Source: Patescibacteria group bacterium (GTDB lineage: Bacteria; Patescibacteriota; UBA1384; XYA2-FULL-43-10). From it: 32,000 nucleotides of DNA. How positions within the stretch are numbered: the stretch's first letter is position 1; every line of letters starts with the position of its first letter. The notes under the pieces are model-generated. The model did not search any database, was not told the DNA's origin, and was given only the letters and a program-made list of their open reading frames with translations. Positions 15,501 through 24,703 of the stretch are shown here, piece by piece. Location: contig JBAYVT010000002.1 in NCBI GenBank assembly GCA_041674405.1, positions 123,941 through 155,940 on the forward strand. The letters run 5' to 3'. The position numbers and the translations under genes are program-made.

Positions 15501-18500
15501 GAGCCCGCAGAAAAGGATAAGGTTTTGCCTGCAGTAGCGGCAGTGAGGTTATTAAAAGTCGTATCTCCCTCTATCAAGGAGTCACCAGTTAGCGTAACTG
15601 TACCGCTCCCAGGAGTGAAGATACCGCCTGCATGGTTCCAACCGCCAGATACACTCATGGTGGATGGAGCACTGAAGCTAGCATTACCGTTTAAGATGAA
15701 ATTACCAATGTTCATCGAAGGGTTATTTGTGATTCCATCAACATCGGTCTGGTTGGTTCCATCACCAATTGTAAGATTGTTAGTAACACCAAAGCTACCG
15801 GAAGATAGAGTCAAAGTTTTGTTTCCAACAAAGCTCTGCCAGATAAAACCGGTCATATCGCCAAAAGAGTGATAAGGACCTGAACCAACATTATAGGTAC
15901 CAATGACGGCACCAGTCGAGCCGTTAAGCTTTGTTATGGTGTTGCCGCCAATGCTCGTTACCCATACATTGCCGTCGCCATCAATTCCCGGATGGTCGCC
16001 ATTGCCGATCGAATAAGTTCCGATTACTGCACCAGTCGAGCCGTTAACTTTGTAGACCGTTCCGCTATTAACAACCCAGACATTGCCGCTGCCATCAACT
16101 GCCAGATTAGCACCAGGAACCGAGTAGATATCAATGACAGCGCCGGTCGAACCGTTAAGCTTGGTAATGCCAATATCGCCGTCGCTAGCCGTCCAGACAT
16201 TCCCATCACCGTCGACTGCTATGCTAAAAGGAGCGCCGTTAACCGAATAAGTGCCGATCAGTGCACCAGTTGAGCTGTCAAGTTTAGTAACGTTACCACT
16301 TCCGTGATTGCAAATCCAAACATTGCCACTACGATCAGCCGCCACTCCCGAAGGACTAGTACCCGTTGAATATGTGCCCATGACTGCACCAGTCGAGCCA
16401 TTAACCTTATTAATATGGCTGCTATCGTAGGGGACCCAGACATTGCCAGCATTATCAACGCCCGGGTTACCACCACCGACCGCATAAGTGCCGATCAGTG
16501 CGCCGGTCGAACCATTGAGTTTAGTAACGTTGCCGCTGTAAGGATTGCCGACCCAGACATTGCCACTGCCATCAACTGCCACACCATAAGGACCAGTACC
16601 CACCGCGTAAGTTCCAATGACGGCACCAGTTGAACTGTTAAGTTTGGTTATATTGTTGCTACCGCTATTAGTCACCCAAACATACGGTGTTACCGCTGGA
16701 TCCAGCAATTCTAGGTTATAATAATTTGCCGCCGTAATGTTTGTGTTAGAAGAAGCACGATATATAAAGGTAGAAGTCGAAGCAGTAAATGTACCCGTTT
16801 TAACAAACGGCGTGCCCGAACCGGTCAAAGTTATTGTCCGATTTGAAGCATCGAAGGTACCAGCATTGATCGTCAGTATGTTTGTAGTTGTGATATCCCC
16901 GGCTGCAGTGAAAGTCGTTCCCGCATGATCAAGGTAAAGATTGTAGTAAGTGGTCGCCGTAATATTAGTTGCCAATGCTCCGGTATACTTGAGGGTTGAT
17001 GTGCCCTCTTGGAAAGTTCCGGTTACTACCAATGGCGTTCCTGGCGCGGCCAAAGTAATCGTTCTGGAGGATGCAGCAAATGTGCCGGCATTGATGGTAA
17101 GGACTCCATTGATTGTGATATTTCCGGCAGCAGTAAAGGTTGTGCCGGTATGGTCTGCAGCGTAGAGGTTGCAATAGGTAATAGCATTAATGTTTGTTGC
17201 GCTTGTTCCTTGGAATTTGACTGTCGATGTACTTTCGGTAAATGTGCCGCTGATGGATAGTGGATCACCTGATTCTGTCAAAACTAAGGTAGTATTATCC
17301 AGATTGACAACAGCAGTTGCCGGGATTTTAAGATTTGGGATAGTGGAGGTGGGAGCAGATGATGAATTAGGTCTCCAGGTATCAGTGCCTATGACATAGA
17401 GTATCTGGGAGGTTAGAGTTGCTTGATTGTAGGGCATAGCTAGGTCATTGGTTGCATTACCAATATCAAAGAGGATATCAGCATCAGACGAAACTGAACC
17501 ATCGTATTGTGATAAATCGGTATTGGATAGTGTTTGGGCAGTACCATTACCGACGACCAAATGCTGCTCAAAGAGAGTAACTCCAGTAATATCTCCCGAT
17601 GTGTACTTGGTAACAGCATTGGCTCGATGGGATTCAGTCGCGCCATCGATGAATACCGTAATTACATCACCGGCAGAGGGTTCGGTAACGCCAGAAATCG
17701 TCCAGGAACCAGAAGCAGTGGTGCCTGTAGCTGCATCCAAGGTGCCATTGATCGCTACCTTGACCGTCTCACCATCAGCACAAGCGGTTGATTCATCATA
17801 CTGCTTACAAGTGCCGGAGATAGAGAAGGATGAACAGCCACTTGTTACAGTTGGAGCAGGAAGGGTACCATTGAACGAGGTCCAAGTCCCAGTCGTTGGC
17901 AAGACAGTGGGAGCACCGGCACTACCCCAGTCCACATAAGCCGACTGATCAGCAGGCGCAAGAAGTTTGCTGGTGTCCGACAACAGGTACCAACTACTGT
18001 CCCATGGATCTACTGCCAAAACCCTATTACTTGTATTGGTGTAATAAGGATTACTCCTAGCATCTACACTCGCATAAGTATACGACCCATTATAGCTTGA
18101 ATCGCCCGCTCCAGAAAAAGTATACGACGAACATGCGGAGCATGATCCGGTTAAACTAATATTCCAGCCGGTATTTCCCCCGCCGTCAACTGAGTAAGTC
18201 GCACAGAAACTACCTGTATTACTAGACTTAGAAACATTGGCGTAGGATATTGCAACATTATTACTTGCAGATAAATTCCAGTTGGCACCGCCCGATGGAG
18301 CTAAAGTAATTAAGTTACCGGAAGTCCCAGCAATATTAATTGCATAATTGAAATTATAGTTTGAACCCGAGTTGAAAGTTAGGGTTGAGGGCGCAGTTGT
18401 GTTGGTAAATGTACGCGTGACCGACGTTGCCCCAGTGAAGGTGAAATTTGTATTAGCATGCTCAGCCGTAAGGTTGTAATAAGTTACTGGTGTAATATTT

Positions 18501-21500
18501 GTTGCGGAAGAACCTGTATATTTTATCGTTGAAGTCGAGTAAGTAAATGTACCTGTGGCTACGAAAGGTGTACCTGATCCAGACAAAGTGATGGTTTTAT
18601 TTGATGCATTAAATGTGCCGGCATTTATTGTCAAAACATTGTTTGCGGTGATGTCGCCCGCCGCAGTGTAGGTTTGGCCAGCTTTATCGATGTAAAGATT
18701 GTAATAGGTCGCAGAAGTTACATTAACCGGACCTGTACCTGTGTATTTTACAGTTGAAGTAGAAGCGGTGAATGTTCCGGTTTTAACAAACGGCATGCTA
18801 GTTCCAGATAAAGTAATTGTCTTATTTGATGCATCAAAGGTTCCGGCATTGATGGTAAAAACACCAGTTCCGTTTGAACCAGTTGAGATATCACCGGCTG
18901 CTGTAAAAGTTGTTCCTGCGTGATCTAAATAAAGATTATTATAGGTAGTTGATGCAATATTAGTCGCAGAAGCGCCTGTGTATTTGACTGTGCCAGTCAT
19001 ACACTGAAATGTACCGTTGATCACAAACGGCGTACCAGAACCGGAAAGGGTGATGGTACCTGTCGGCGAATCATTAAATGTACCAGCATTAACGGTGAAA
19101 ACATTTGTTGATGTAATATCCCCTGCTGCGCTAAAGATGGTCCCTGCACGATCTAAATAAAGATTGTAATAGGTAGTCGCTGTAATATTCGTTGCCAACG
19201 AGCCAGTATATTTAACTGTGGATGTAGAAGGTGTAAAAACGACATTATTTACAAAAGGAGTACCTGATCCAGACAAGGTAATAGTTTTATTGGACGCATC
19301 GAAAATCGAGTCATTGGTCAAAACATTAGTGACATTTATATCGCCCATGGCTGTAGATACTGCTGTGGTTACTAAGTGGAGGTTGTAATAGGTGGTAGAG
19401 GCAATGTTTGTTGCCGCTGCGCCGTAATATTCTACGGTTGAAGTTGATGCCGTAAAAGTACCAGTAACAACAAATGGCGTTCCCGTTGACATGAATGTAA
19501 TAGTCTTATTAGAGGCATCAAAGGTGCCAGCATTGATGGTAAAAATATTTTCCACCTTGATATTTCCAGCCGCAGTAAATGTAGTACCTGCATGGTCCAG
19601 ATACAGATTATAATAACCAGGAACCATTCCCGAACCCATTGCAGTTACGTTTGTCGCCGAAGCACCGGTATATTTGATCGTTGAAGTTGAAGATTGAAAC
19701 GTTCCGTTATTAACAAATGGCGTGCCCGAACCAGATAATGTGATTGTTTTATTGGATGCATTAAATTCACCAGTGGTAATGCTTAAGACACCAGATACAT
19801 CAATATCGTTATTTGCTGTCCAAATCCCCGAGCCATCATTGAAGGTCAAATTATTAAAGGCCGATCCTCCCGTCATATTTCCGGAAAGAGTTTTATCAGC
19901 TCCACCCGTCTGAAAAGTAACGGTTCCGGAATTGTTGTCAAATGTTCCGCTTGAATGATTCCAATTTCCATTAACAATAAAATTATTAGATGATGCGGGC
20001 GCACTTAATGACCCGCCCGAAATTGTGACATTACCAGCACTAATATCATGTGCCCCAGCGGTTAAGGTACCGGATGAAACAAGGAGATTGTTTGTAACAT
20101 CAATATTGCTGGAAAGAGACCAGGCTGAAGATGGGATCGAATAATAAATCGTGCCTCTTACATAATTTATAATTGCATTTGAAACAGATGGAGTTATTTT
20201 CTTAATTGTCATCGCAACGCCAAAGCTTGAATCGTTAACATCATTTGGCGTCCAAGTTAATCCCCACAGATTTCCATCCCCACCAAACGGAACATAATCC
20301 TCTGTCCCCGACCATAATGCATCCGCAGATTGATTGGTGCCCCCAATGGTACCAGACTTAATGATTTCAATAATATCATCGGAAACAGGAGGCGAACTAC
20401 CCATCCTTTTTGCTTCCATTTTAATACCTGTAACCGTTGCATTGGTTGGAATATTAAAACCAAAATTTGTCGCTTTTAGATAATTAGAGCGTTTTCCTTG
20501 GGGAATACCAACAATTCTCGCATAATTTCCATCATCAGCAGTGATATCTTCGGGAGTTGACCAAGGACCATCTCCATAGCTTGCATCATTGGTTCCTGTT
20601 CCACATCCCAATGTGGAACTAGTACTTCCCCCGCCGTTCTCACCTGCGATTGTAAGATTATAAAATTTCTGCCCAGAACCCAATATGATTGAGAAGTCTC
20701 CGCTTGTCCCATTAAAATTTATTGTAGAATTTCCTTCATTGAAAGTAACATTTGAAGAATCCCAATCACCTGCAATATTAATTATGTGGCTTCCAGGGCT
20801 AAAGCTACCTGACGTCATAGTAAAACCATCCGCAATCGTAATATCTCCAGCTGCAATAAAGTCTGTATTCGCATGGTTGATGACTAAATTATTATACGTC
20901 ACGGAAGCCAAATTTGTATCTGATGATCCTTCGTAGGAAATTGTTGAAGTTGACGGAGTAAAGGTACCGGTCACAACAAACGGGGTTCCACTCCCTGATA
21001 AAGTAATGGTTTTATTGGAAGCATCAAATGTGCCTGCATTGATAGTAAGGACTCCAGAAACGGTAATGTTCCCTGCTGCAGCAAAGGTAGTACCAGTCTT
21101 GTCTGCCGCGTAGAGATTGTAATAAGAAAGAGCATTAACATTCGTAGCGCCTGATCCCTGGAATTTAATGGTGGAAGTGCCAATTGTGAAGGTGCCGGTG
21201 ATAGAAAGTGGTGTGCCGGAGGCGGTTAATGCTAGTGTTGTGCCGGTAAGGTTGACGATGGCTGATGTCGGAATTACAAGGTTAGAAATGGTGGATGTTG
21301 GAGCATCAGTAGCAGCCGGTTGCCAAGTGTTGGAAGCCAAAACATAAAGCTTCTGGTCGGTATCTGTTTGGGTGCCTGACTCGGGCAGTGTTAAGTCTTT
21401 GGTTGTGGCATTAACTTCAAAGAAGATATCTTCATCAGACGAGACAGAGTTATCGTATTTCTCCATATCAGCATTTGAAAGAGTTTGGTTATCAGCTGAA

Positions 21501-24500
21501 CCGATGGATAAATGTTTTTCATAAAGTGCTATGCCGGATACATTACCGGAGACATACTTTGTCACTGCATTTGCTTCATTGGCATCAGCAACACCATCGA
21601 CAAAGATGGTGATAGTGTCGCCAGCCGATGGGGCTGTTACTCCGGTGATAGACCAGGACCCGCTTGAAGTTGTACCGGTAGCCGCATCGAGGCTCCCATT
21701 GATTGCTACTTTGATCGTTTCGCTGTCAGCACAATTCGAGGATTCGTCATATTGTTTGCAGGTACCGGAGATGGAGATGCTGGCCGGCGGAAATGCCCAA
21801 TGATGGTTATTTCCACCGTCATATCCGCCAGTCGTGGCATTTACCAAGCTTCCTCCAGTTGCATCGGAATCGGTGACATTAACATAAGAAGCAGGTGGGC
21901 TATCCTGGACAACATTAAAATTCCAATGGTTGGTAGGTGTAGATGAAACCATAAATATTCTAGTACCTACTGCTCCGCCATTGATATCAAGGCCCATGAT
22001 TGAATAAGTTGATCCAGCATGGAATGTAAGTTTAGAGGAAGGGGTAGTATCAGTAAAGACCCCATTGATAGTTGCCGAATCTGCAAAATAAACACCATTT
22101 GCCGACGCATTAGTAATAGTAATGCTGTTAAAATCATGATTTCCATTTGTTCCACCAGCAGTGATGGTCTGTAAATCACTACCATCCAAGGTTAGTGTTC
22201 CGGTACCAGAAGTAAAGATGCCAGTGGCCGAATTCGTATAATCGCCTGCAAGATAAAATGCAGCCGTACTTGAAGCCGTGAGAGTATTACCAGCGTCAAT
22301 AATAACATCTCCATCAACGTTAACTATGGGATCGTTTGTTTCGAATGACAATACGGCAGTTAATGCGCCTCCTCCAACATGCAAATTATTTGAAACATTT
22401 AAAGTGCCTGCCTGAACATTATGGGTACCTGAAAAATTTTCACGCGCTATCTGAAGGTTATAATATGTAGTCGCGGTTACATTTACAGCGGCGCCGACTG
22501 GGTCCGGGCAATCATAAAATAATGTTGAATTGTTGGCAGTGAAAGTGCCGTTGATCACAAAAGGAGTGTTAGTTCCTAATAGTGTAATTGTTTTATTTGA
22601 AGCGTCGAATTCACCTGCATTAATTGTTAAAAGATTTGAAACAGTCATATCCCCAGCCGCGGTAAAAGTCGACCCAGTTCGATCAAGATAAAGATTGTAG
22701 AATGTCGTCGCCGTCACATTTGTCGCAGATGAACCCTTATACTGAACGGTAGATGTGCCCTCCTGAAAAGTAGCGTTTATATTCACAAAAGGCGTGCCTG
22801 AGCCATTCAAAACAATTGTTTTATCGGAGGCATTAAAGGTTCCTACATCTAGCGTCAAAACGCTGCCAACGGTAATATTTCCAGCTGCGGTAAAGGTGGT
22901 ACCAGTATGAACCAAATATAGATTATAATACGTCGCACTAGTTACATTGGTAGCGCTCGATCCGGCATACTTTATGGTTGAAGTAGCTTCTTGAAAAGTA
23001 CCATTTACAACAAAAGGTGTACCAGAACCATATAGATAAACTGTCTTATCCGATCCGTTATATATCGTCCCGGTCTGAATAGTGAAAACTCCGTAGACCG
23101 AGAACGAGCCGGAAGAAAGCGGAGTAAATGTCGTGCCCGAATGGTCGAGGATTAGATTGTGGAACCCGAGTAACGCAACGTCAGTTGCTGACGCACTCTG
23201 ATATGTGACGGTTGAAGTGTCGTAATTGAAGGTACTGCCCGTCTCCATTCTAAGAGGCCTCGACGAACTTTGTCCTGAGCCAGTAATTACTAAAGAATTA
23301 TTATCCAATGTCATCGTAGACGATGCTTCGGCATATGATTTCGGCACAGTTGATGTGGTTCCACCACCGGATGCAGGCCGCCATGTATTATTTGCCTTAA
23401 TTATAATCTTTTGGTCTGCATCAGTTTGGGTTCCGACTGCCGGCAGGGTTAGATTGTTTGATCCGTCAATTTCGAAAAAGATATCTTCATCGGAGGAGAC
23501 GGAATTATCGTATTTAGAGATATCGTTGTTCGATAATGTTTGATTATCGTCAGAACCTAGATACAAATGCTTTTCGTAAAGGCTAATTCCTGTAATATTG
23601 CCCGAACCATCGTATTTGGTAACAGCATTCGCTTCGTTACCGTCAGCCACTCCATCGATAAATACGGTAATTGTGTCCCCAGAAGCAGGTGCTGTAACAC
23701 CGCTTATGCTCCACGAACCTCCGGATGTGGTTCCGGTTTGGGCTTGAATAGTACCATTTACCGCAACTTTTACAGTCTCTGAATCAGCGGCATTTGTCGA
23801 TTCGTCATATTGCTTAGCAGTCCCTGAGATTAAAATTGTGGCAGGCCCACCTCCGCCTTCAGAAATAATAACCCCCGGCTCGACTTCTCCTGAAGCATCC
23901 CAGTCGTAAGGAGTCGGGTCACTAACTGGATCAGCATTAAACCAAGTATACCCAGGGTAAAAACTACCCAAAGTTGATGAAACAGCCCAAGATCCTCCCA
24001 TATTTCCACTAAACCAAAGATAAGAGTTATTTTCATTTTTATAGACAGGGTACGGCGACGAACCGATATCTCCAAAGTATTGATCGTTATATGCAAACGT
24101 ACCATTTGCATTCGTATTACCAGCATTTGTGCCTGTATATGTATGGCCCGGATCTCCTCCCGGCGTTACGCCGCTTGGCGCCGGAGCGGTTCCCAGATTG
24201 GCCGTCCAGCTATTGCTTCCGGGAAGCGCGCCCTCCATAAGATAATAGTGTACATCCATCATCGCATCATTAAGAACGTCGCTAAGCATATATGCTCCGC
24301 CCCCGTCCCAGTACAAGTACATATTATTAGCGTTTTTCCAATAGTCACTTCCATAGGCATCCGTTCCGCCGTAAGAGTATTCGCCGTTATAATTGGCATC
24401 TCCTGCTCCCGCAACAGTCCATGTGGTTGTATTAGCAGCTAGAGCTTTAGGAGGCTTTTCAAAATTGATTGATGGGTTGACCATAACAAACCCAAGAACC

Positions 24501-24688
24501 GAAATCGCCACAATATATAAGGTCAAGAACATCCAATGAAAGGGTGACGAAGATCCCGAAAGATGCCACTTGTAATACCAACCGAATTTCATGCGAAGAG
24601 CATTGTGCCATGGAGAAAATCGGGAGAATGTGGTTCTCGTGCTTTTTTGTACTTTCATTATTTCCCTGTCAAGCTCCACAGTTGTCAT
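12512..24688 (-). CDS. giant repeat-rich cell-surface protein (4058 aa), anchored at both ends
   Basis: Uninterrupted 12.2-kb ORF with an N-terminal signal-anchor (FHWMFLTLYIVAISVLGFVMV). It holds four blocks of a 75-aa repeat and three copies of a roughly 165-aa CKQYDE module. It also has a unique roughly 160-aa insert, about 8 propeller blades, 5 FN3-like domains and a Big_2-like domain. It ends in a multi-TM C-terminus with two CarboxypepD_reg-like domains. Confidence 0.9.
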   Translation of the reverse strand: MTTVELDREIMKVQKSTRTTFSRFSPWHNALRMKFGWYYKWHLSGSSSPFHWMFLTLYIVAISVLGFVMVNPSINFEKPPKALAANTTTWTVAGAGDANYNGEYSYGGTDAYGSDYWKNANNMYLYWDGGGAYMLSDVLNDAMMDVHYYLMEGALPGSNSWTANLGTAPAPSGVTPGGDPGHTYTGTNAGNTNANGTFAYNDQYFGDIGSSPYPVYKNENNSYLWFSGNMGGSWAVSSTLGSFYPGYTWFNADPVSDPTPYDWDASGEVEPGVIISEGGGGPATILISGTAKQYDESTNAADSETVKVAVNGTIQAQTGTTSGGSWSISGVTAPASGDTITVFIDGVADGNEANAVTKYDGSGNITGISLYEKHLYLGSDDNQTLSNNDISKYDNSVSSDEDIFFEIDGSNNLTLPAVGTQTDADQKIIIKANNTWRPASGGGTTSTVPKSYAEASSTMTLDNNSLVITGSGQSSSRPLRMETGSTFNYDTSTVTYQSASATDVALLGFHNLILDHSGTTFTPLSSGSFSVYGVFTIQTGTIYNGSDKTVYLYGSGTPFVVNGTFQEATSTIKYAGSSATNVTSATYYNLYLVHTGTTFTAAGNITVGSVLTLDVGTFNASDKTIVLNGSGTPFVNINATFQEGTSTVQYKGSSATNVTATTFYNLYLDRTGSTFTAAGDMTVSNLLTINAGEFDASNKTITLLGTNTPFVINGTFTANNSTLFYDCPDPVGAAVNVTATTYYNLQIARENFSGTHNVQAGTLNVSNNLHVGGGALTAVLSFETNDPIVNVDGDVIIDAGNTLTASSTAAFYLAGDYTNSATGIFTSGTGTLTLDGSDLQTITAGGTNGNHDFNSITITNASANGVYFADSATINGVFTDTTPSSKLTFHAGSTYSIMGLDINGGAVGTRIFMVSSTPTNHWNFNVVQDSPPASYVNVTDSDATGGSLVNATTGGYDGGNNHHWAFPPASISISGTCKQYDESSNCADSETIKVAINGSLDAATGTTSSGSWSITGVTAPSAGDTITIFVDGVADANEANAVTKYVSGNVSGIALYEKHLSIGSADNQTLSNADMEKYDNSVSSDEDIFFEVNATTKDLTLPESGTQTDTDQKLYVLASNTWQPAATDAPTSTISNLVIPTSAIVNLTGTTLALTASGTPLSITGTFTIGTSTIKFQGSGATNVNALSYYNLYAADKTGTTFAAAGNITVSGVLTINAGTFDASNKTITLSGSGTPFVVTGTFTPSTSTISYEGSSDTNLASVTYNNLVINHANTDFIAAGDITIADGFTMTSGSFSPGSHIINIAGDWDSSNVTFNEGNSTINFNGTSGDFSIILGSGQKFYNLTIAGENGGGSTSSTLGCGTGTNDASYGDGPWSTPEDITADDGNYARIVGIPQGKRSNYLKATNFGFNIPTNATVTGIKMEAKRMGSSPPVSDDIIEIIKSGTIGGTNQSADALWSGTEDYVPFGGDGNLWGLTWTPNDVNDSSFGVAMTIKKITPSVSNAIINYVRGTIYYSIPSSAWSLSSNIDVTNNLLVSSGTLTAGAHDISAGNVTISGGSLSAPASSNNFIVNGNWNHSSGTFDNNSGTVTFQTGGADKTLSGNMTGGSAFNNLTFNDGSGIWTANNDIDVSGVLSITTGEFNASNKTITLSGSGTPFVNNGTFQSSTSTIKYTGASATNVTAMGSGMVPGYYNLYLDHAGTTFTAAGNIKVENIFTINAGTFDASNKTITFMSTGTPFVVTGTFTASTSTVEYYGAAATNIASTTYYNLHLVTTAVSTAMGDINVTNVLTNDSIFDASNKTITLSGSGTPFVNNVVFTPSTSTVKYTGSLATNITATTYYNLYLDRAGTIFSAAGDITSTNVFTVNAGTFNDSPTGTITLSGSGTPFVINGTFQCMTGTVKYTGASATNIASTTYNNLYLDHAGTTFTAAGDISTGSNGTGVFTINAGTFDASNKTITLSGTSMPFVKTGTFTASTSTVKYTGTGPVNVTSATYYNLYIDKAGQTYTAAGDITANNVLTINAGTFNASNKTITLSGSGTPFVATGTFTYSTSTIKYTGSSATNITPVTYYNLTAEHANTNFTFTGATSVTRTFTNTTAPSTLTFNSGSNYNFNYAINIAGTSGNLITLAPSGGANWNLSASNNVAISYANVSKSSNTGSFCATYSVDGGGNTGWNISLTGSCSACSSYTFSGAGDSSYNGSYTYASVDARSNPYYTNTSNRVLAVDPWDSSWYLLSDTSKLLAPADQSAYVDWGSAGAPTVLPTTGTWTSFNGTLPAPTVTSGCSSFSISGTCKQYDESTACADGETVKVAINGTLDAATGTTASGSWTISGVTEPSAGDVITVFIDGATESHRANAVTKYTSGDITGVTLFEQHLVVGNGTAQTLSNTDLSQYDGSVSSDADILFDIGNATNDLAMPYNQATLTSQILYVIGTDTWRPNSSSAPTSTIPNLKIPATAVVNLDNTTLVLTESGDPLSISGTFTESTSTVKFQGTSATNINAITYCNLYAADHTGTTFTAAGNITINGVLTINAGTFAASSRTITLAAPGTPLVVTGTFQEGTSTLKYTGALATNITATTYYNLYLDHAGTTFTAAGDITTTNILTINAGTFDASNRTITLTGSGTPFVKTGTFTASTSTFIYRASSNTNITAANYYNLELLDPAVTPYVWVTNSGSNNITKLNSSTGAVIGTYAVGTGPYGVAVDGSGNVWVGNPYSGNVTKLNGSTGALIGTYAVGGGNPGVDNAGNVWVPYDSSHINKVNGSTGAVMGTYSTGTSPSGVAADRSGNVWICNHGSGNVTKLDSSTGALIGTYSVNGAPFSIAVDGDGNVWTASDGDIGITKLNGSTGAVIDIYSVPGANLAVDGSGNVWVVNSGTVYKVNGSTGAVIGTYSIGNGDHPGIDGDGNVWVTSIGGNTITKLNGSTGAVIGTYNVGSGPYHSFGDMTGFIWQSFVGNKTLTLSSGSFGVTNNLTIGDGTNQTDVDGITNNPSMNIGNFILNGNASFSAPSTMSVSGGWNHAGGIFTPGSGTVTLTGDSLIEGDTTFNNLTAATAGKTLSFSAGSTQTISGTWTVTGTSGSHVVLKRSGGSGGWNINPATATISYATISNSTNSGASFCATYSTDGGSNTDWNISPTGSCVTAPSAPTNAAIGTIQNDSFQVTWDDNSSDETGFKVYISTTPNSDCSQASYPDSPDYTTGAGETSQDVDGKDINTQYCAKVVAFNDAGNSTSAYSSPKYTLANMPTVSTVAGAYFVTGTISPSLNPSGTNYWIQYSINGTDFTDPAGMSWQTSTSYTLANLDPNTQYWIKAKARNGDNTDTTYSPSSAKVTPPAAPASLEANAVCRTSANLTWIAPEGADKYTLSYGTDSGASNKGTISDISTTATSLSGLARKTKYYAKVSATSNQNGAGNYSAIINFTTANCLGPTPSTDFRGTDIVTSQINWVWSNTDDDHTSWAVLDAAGNPLSGTLAASASSWLEQSLAPNTAYTRQVTVTNRKGTEKSNFATSYTLANTPDAPILSVVSESSVKIAINQNGNPANTRYAIYNDTAGKYVRHSDGAFSDSPDWQLYADWGGSDGFINTGLAASTNYAYRLKARNNSNVETDFSTASEVTTLGNPEKTASYIIISPTSAKIKVEDSVQFSAKAFASDDSEIPTAIIVWSVMNGGGEIDQTGLFTAGKEVGSFENTVQASFGDVKAAASVNVRKETIGEVIIGGIVGGVEDVAVSIDIVAGGIEKVYAAVGISKEAAPPVTAAAALGMAVVVAGLAPATNLITLFSLKEVIHIIVYSILSFGTVKKKRKKWGQVLEDGTGLPLSGAMVSLIKVGEDGTERVIETTTTDKSGVYGFAEPPGKYKIIAKKDKYQLAPKPDQYYDFDTGKIYEIDSYTKGFLVPTIIMSINGKSLSGIHAILGWLRKMERFFNYASIVVLTAGTILVLNNLIHDPNLLNYLILAGYILLWVINFSLVIRKSPWSMVVDRHKGEPIGLTLVRIMTGDNTRLVKTAVTDDKGKFSAILKRGRYTILATKEGYTLPKPVRFDTDEEISAVNKKIEMEKRNSKS
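12515..13560 (-). other. conserved C-terminal membrane module: TM, KKKRKKWG, CarboxypepD_reg-like domain, 2 TM, CarboxypepD_reg-like domain
   Basis: Hydrophobic helices are VIHIIVYSILSFGTV, FFNYASIVVLTAGTILVLNNLI and LLNYLILAGYILLWVINFSLVI. The beta-sandwich motifs are GLPLSGAMVSLIKV...TDKSGVYGF...GKYKIIAKKDKY and GEPIGLTLVRIM...TDDKGKFSA...GRYTILATKEGY. Confidence 0.6.
13600..13850 (-). other. bacterial Ig-like (Big_2-like) domain
   Basis: IIISPTSAKIKVEDSVQFSAKAFASDDSEIPTAIIVWSVMNGGGEIDQTGLFTAGKEVGSFENTVQASFGDVKAAASVNV fits the Big_2 pattern. The paralogous copy is at about 25790-26040. Confidence 0.6.
13860..15275 (-). other. five tandem fibronectin type III-like domains
   Basis: About 90-aa units with the W...Y...Y/F FN3 pattern, for example SFQVTWDDNSSDETGFKVYIS...TQYCAKVVAFN and ANLTWIAPEGADKYTLSYG...TKYYAKVSATS. 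The paralog has only two such units (about 26080-26665). Confidence 0.6.
15850..16690 (-). other. beta-propeller region (NHL / YncE-like blades, about 8 x about 40 aa) within the 4058-aa protein
   Basis: The repeated blade motif is G(S/D)GNVWVxNxxxxxxTKLNGSTGAxIGTYxVGxxPxGxAVD, running from PYVWVTNSGSNN to GPYHSFGDMTGF. Confidence 0.65.
18470..19800 (-). repeat. coding tandem array of the 75-aa (225-bp) repeat, about 6 units
   Basis: The YYNL-encoding word (ttgtaata/ttattata on plus) recurs at 18474, 18699, 18936, 19164, 19383 and 19618, spaced 219-237 nt with a mode of 225. Consensus is GTFDASNKTITLSGSGTPFVxTGTFTxSTSTxKYTGxSATNxxxTTYYNLYLDHxGTTFTAAGDITxxNVLTINA. Shorter blocks lie at about 16690-17200, 20870-21190 and 22440-23230. 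Confidence 0.8.
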
Positions 24689-24703
24689 TCCGTTTTATAT
24701 TTA

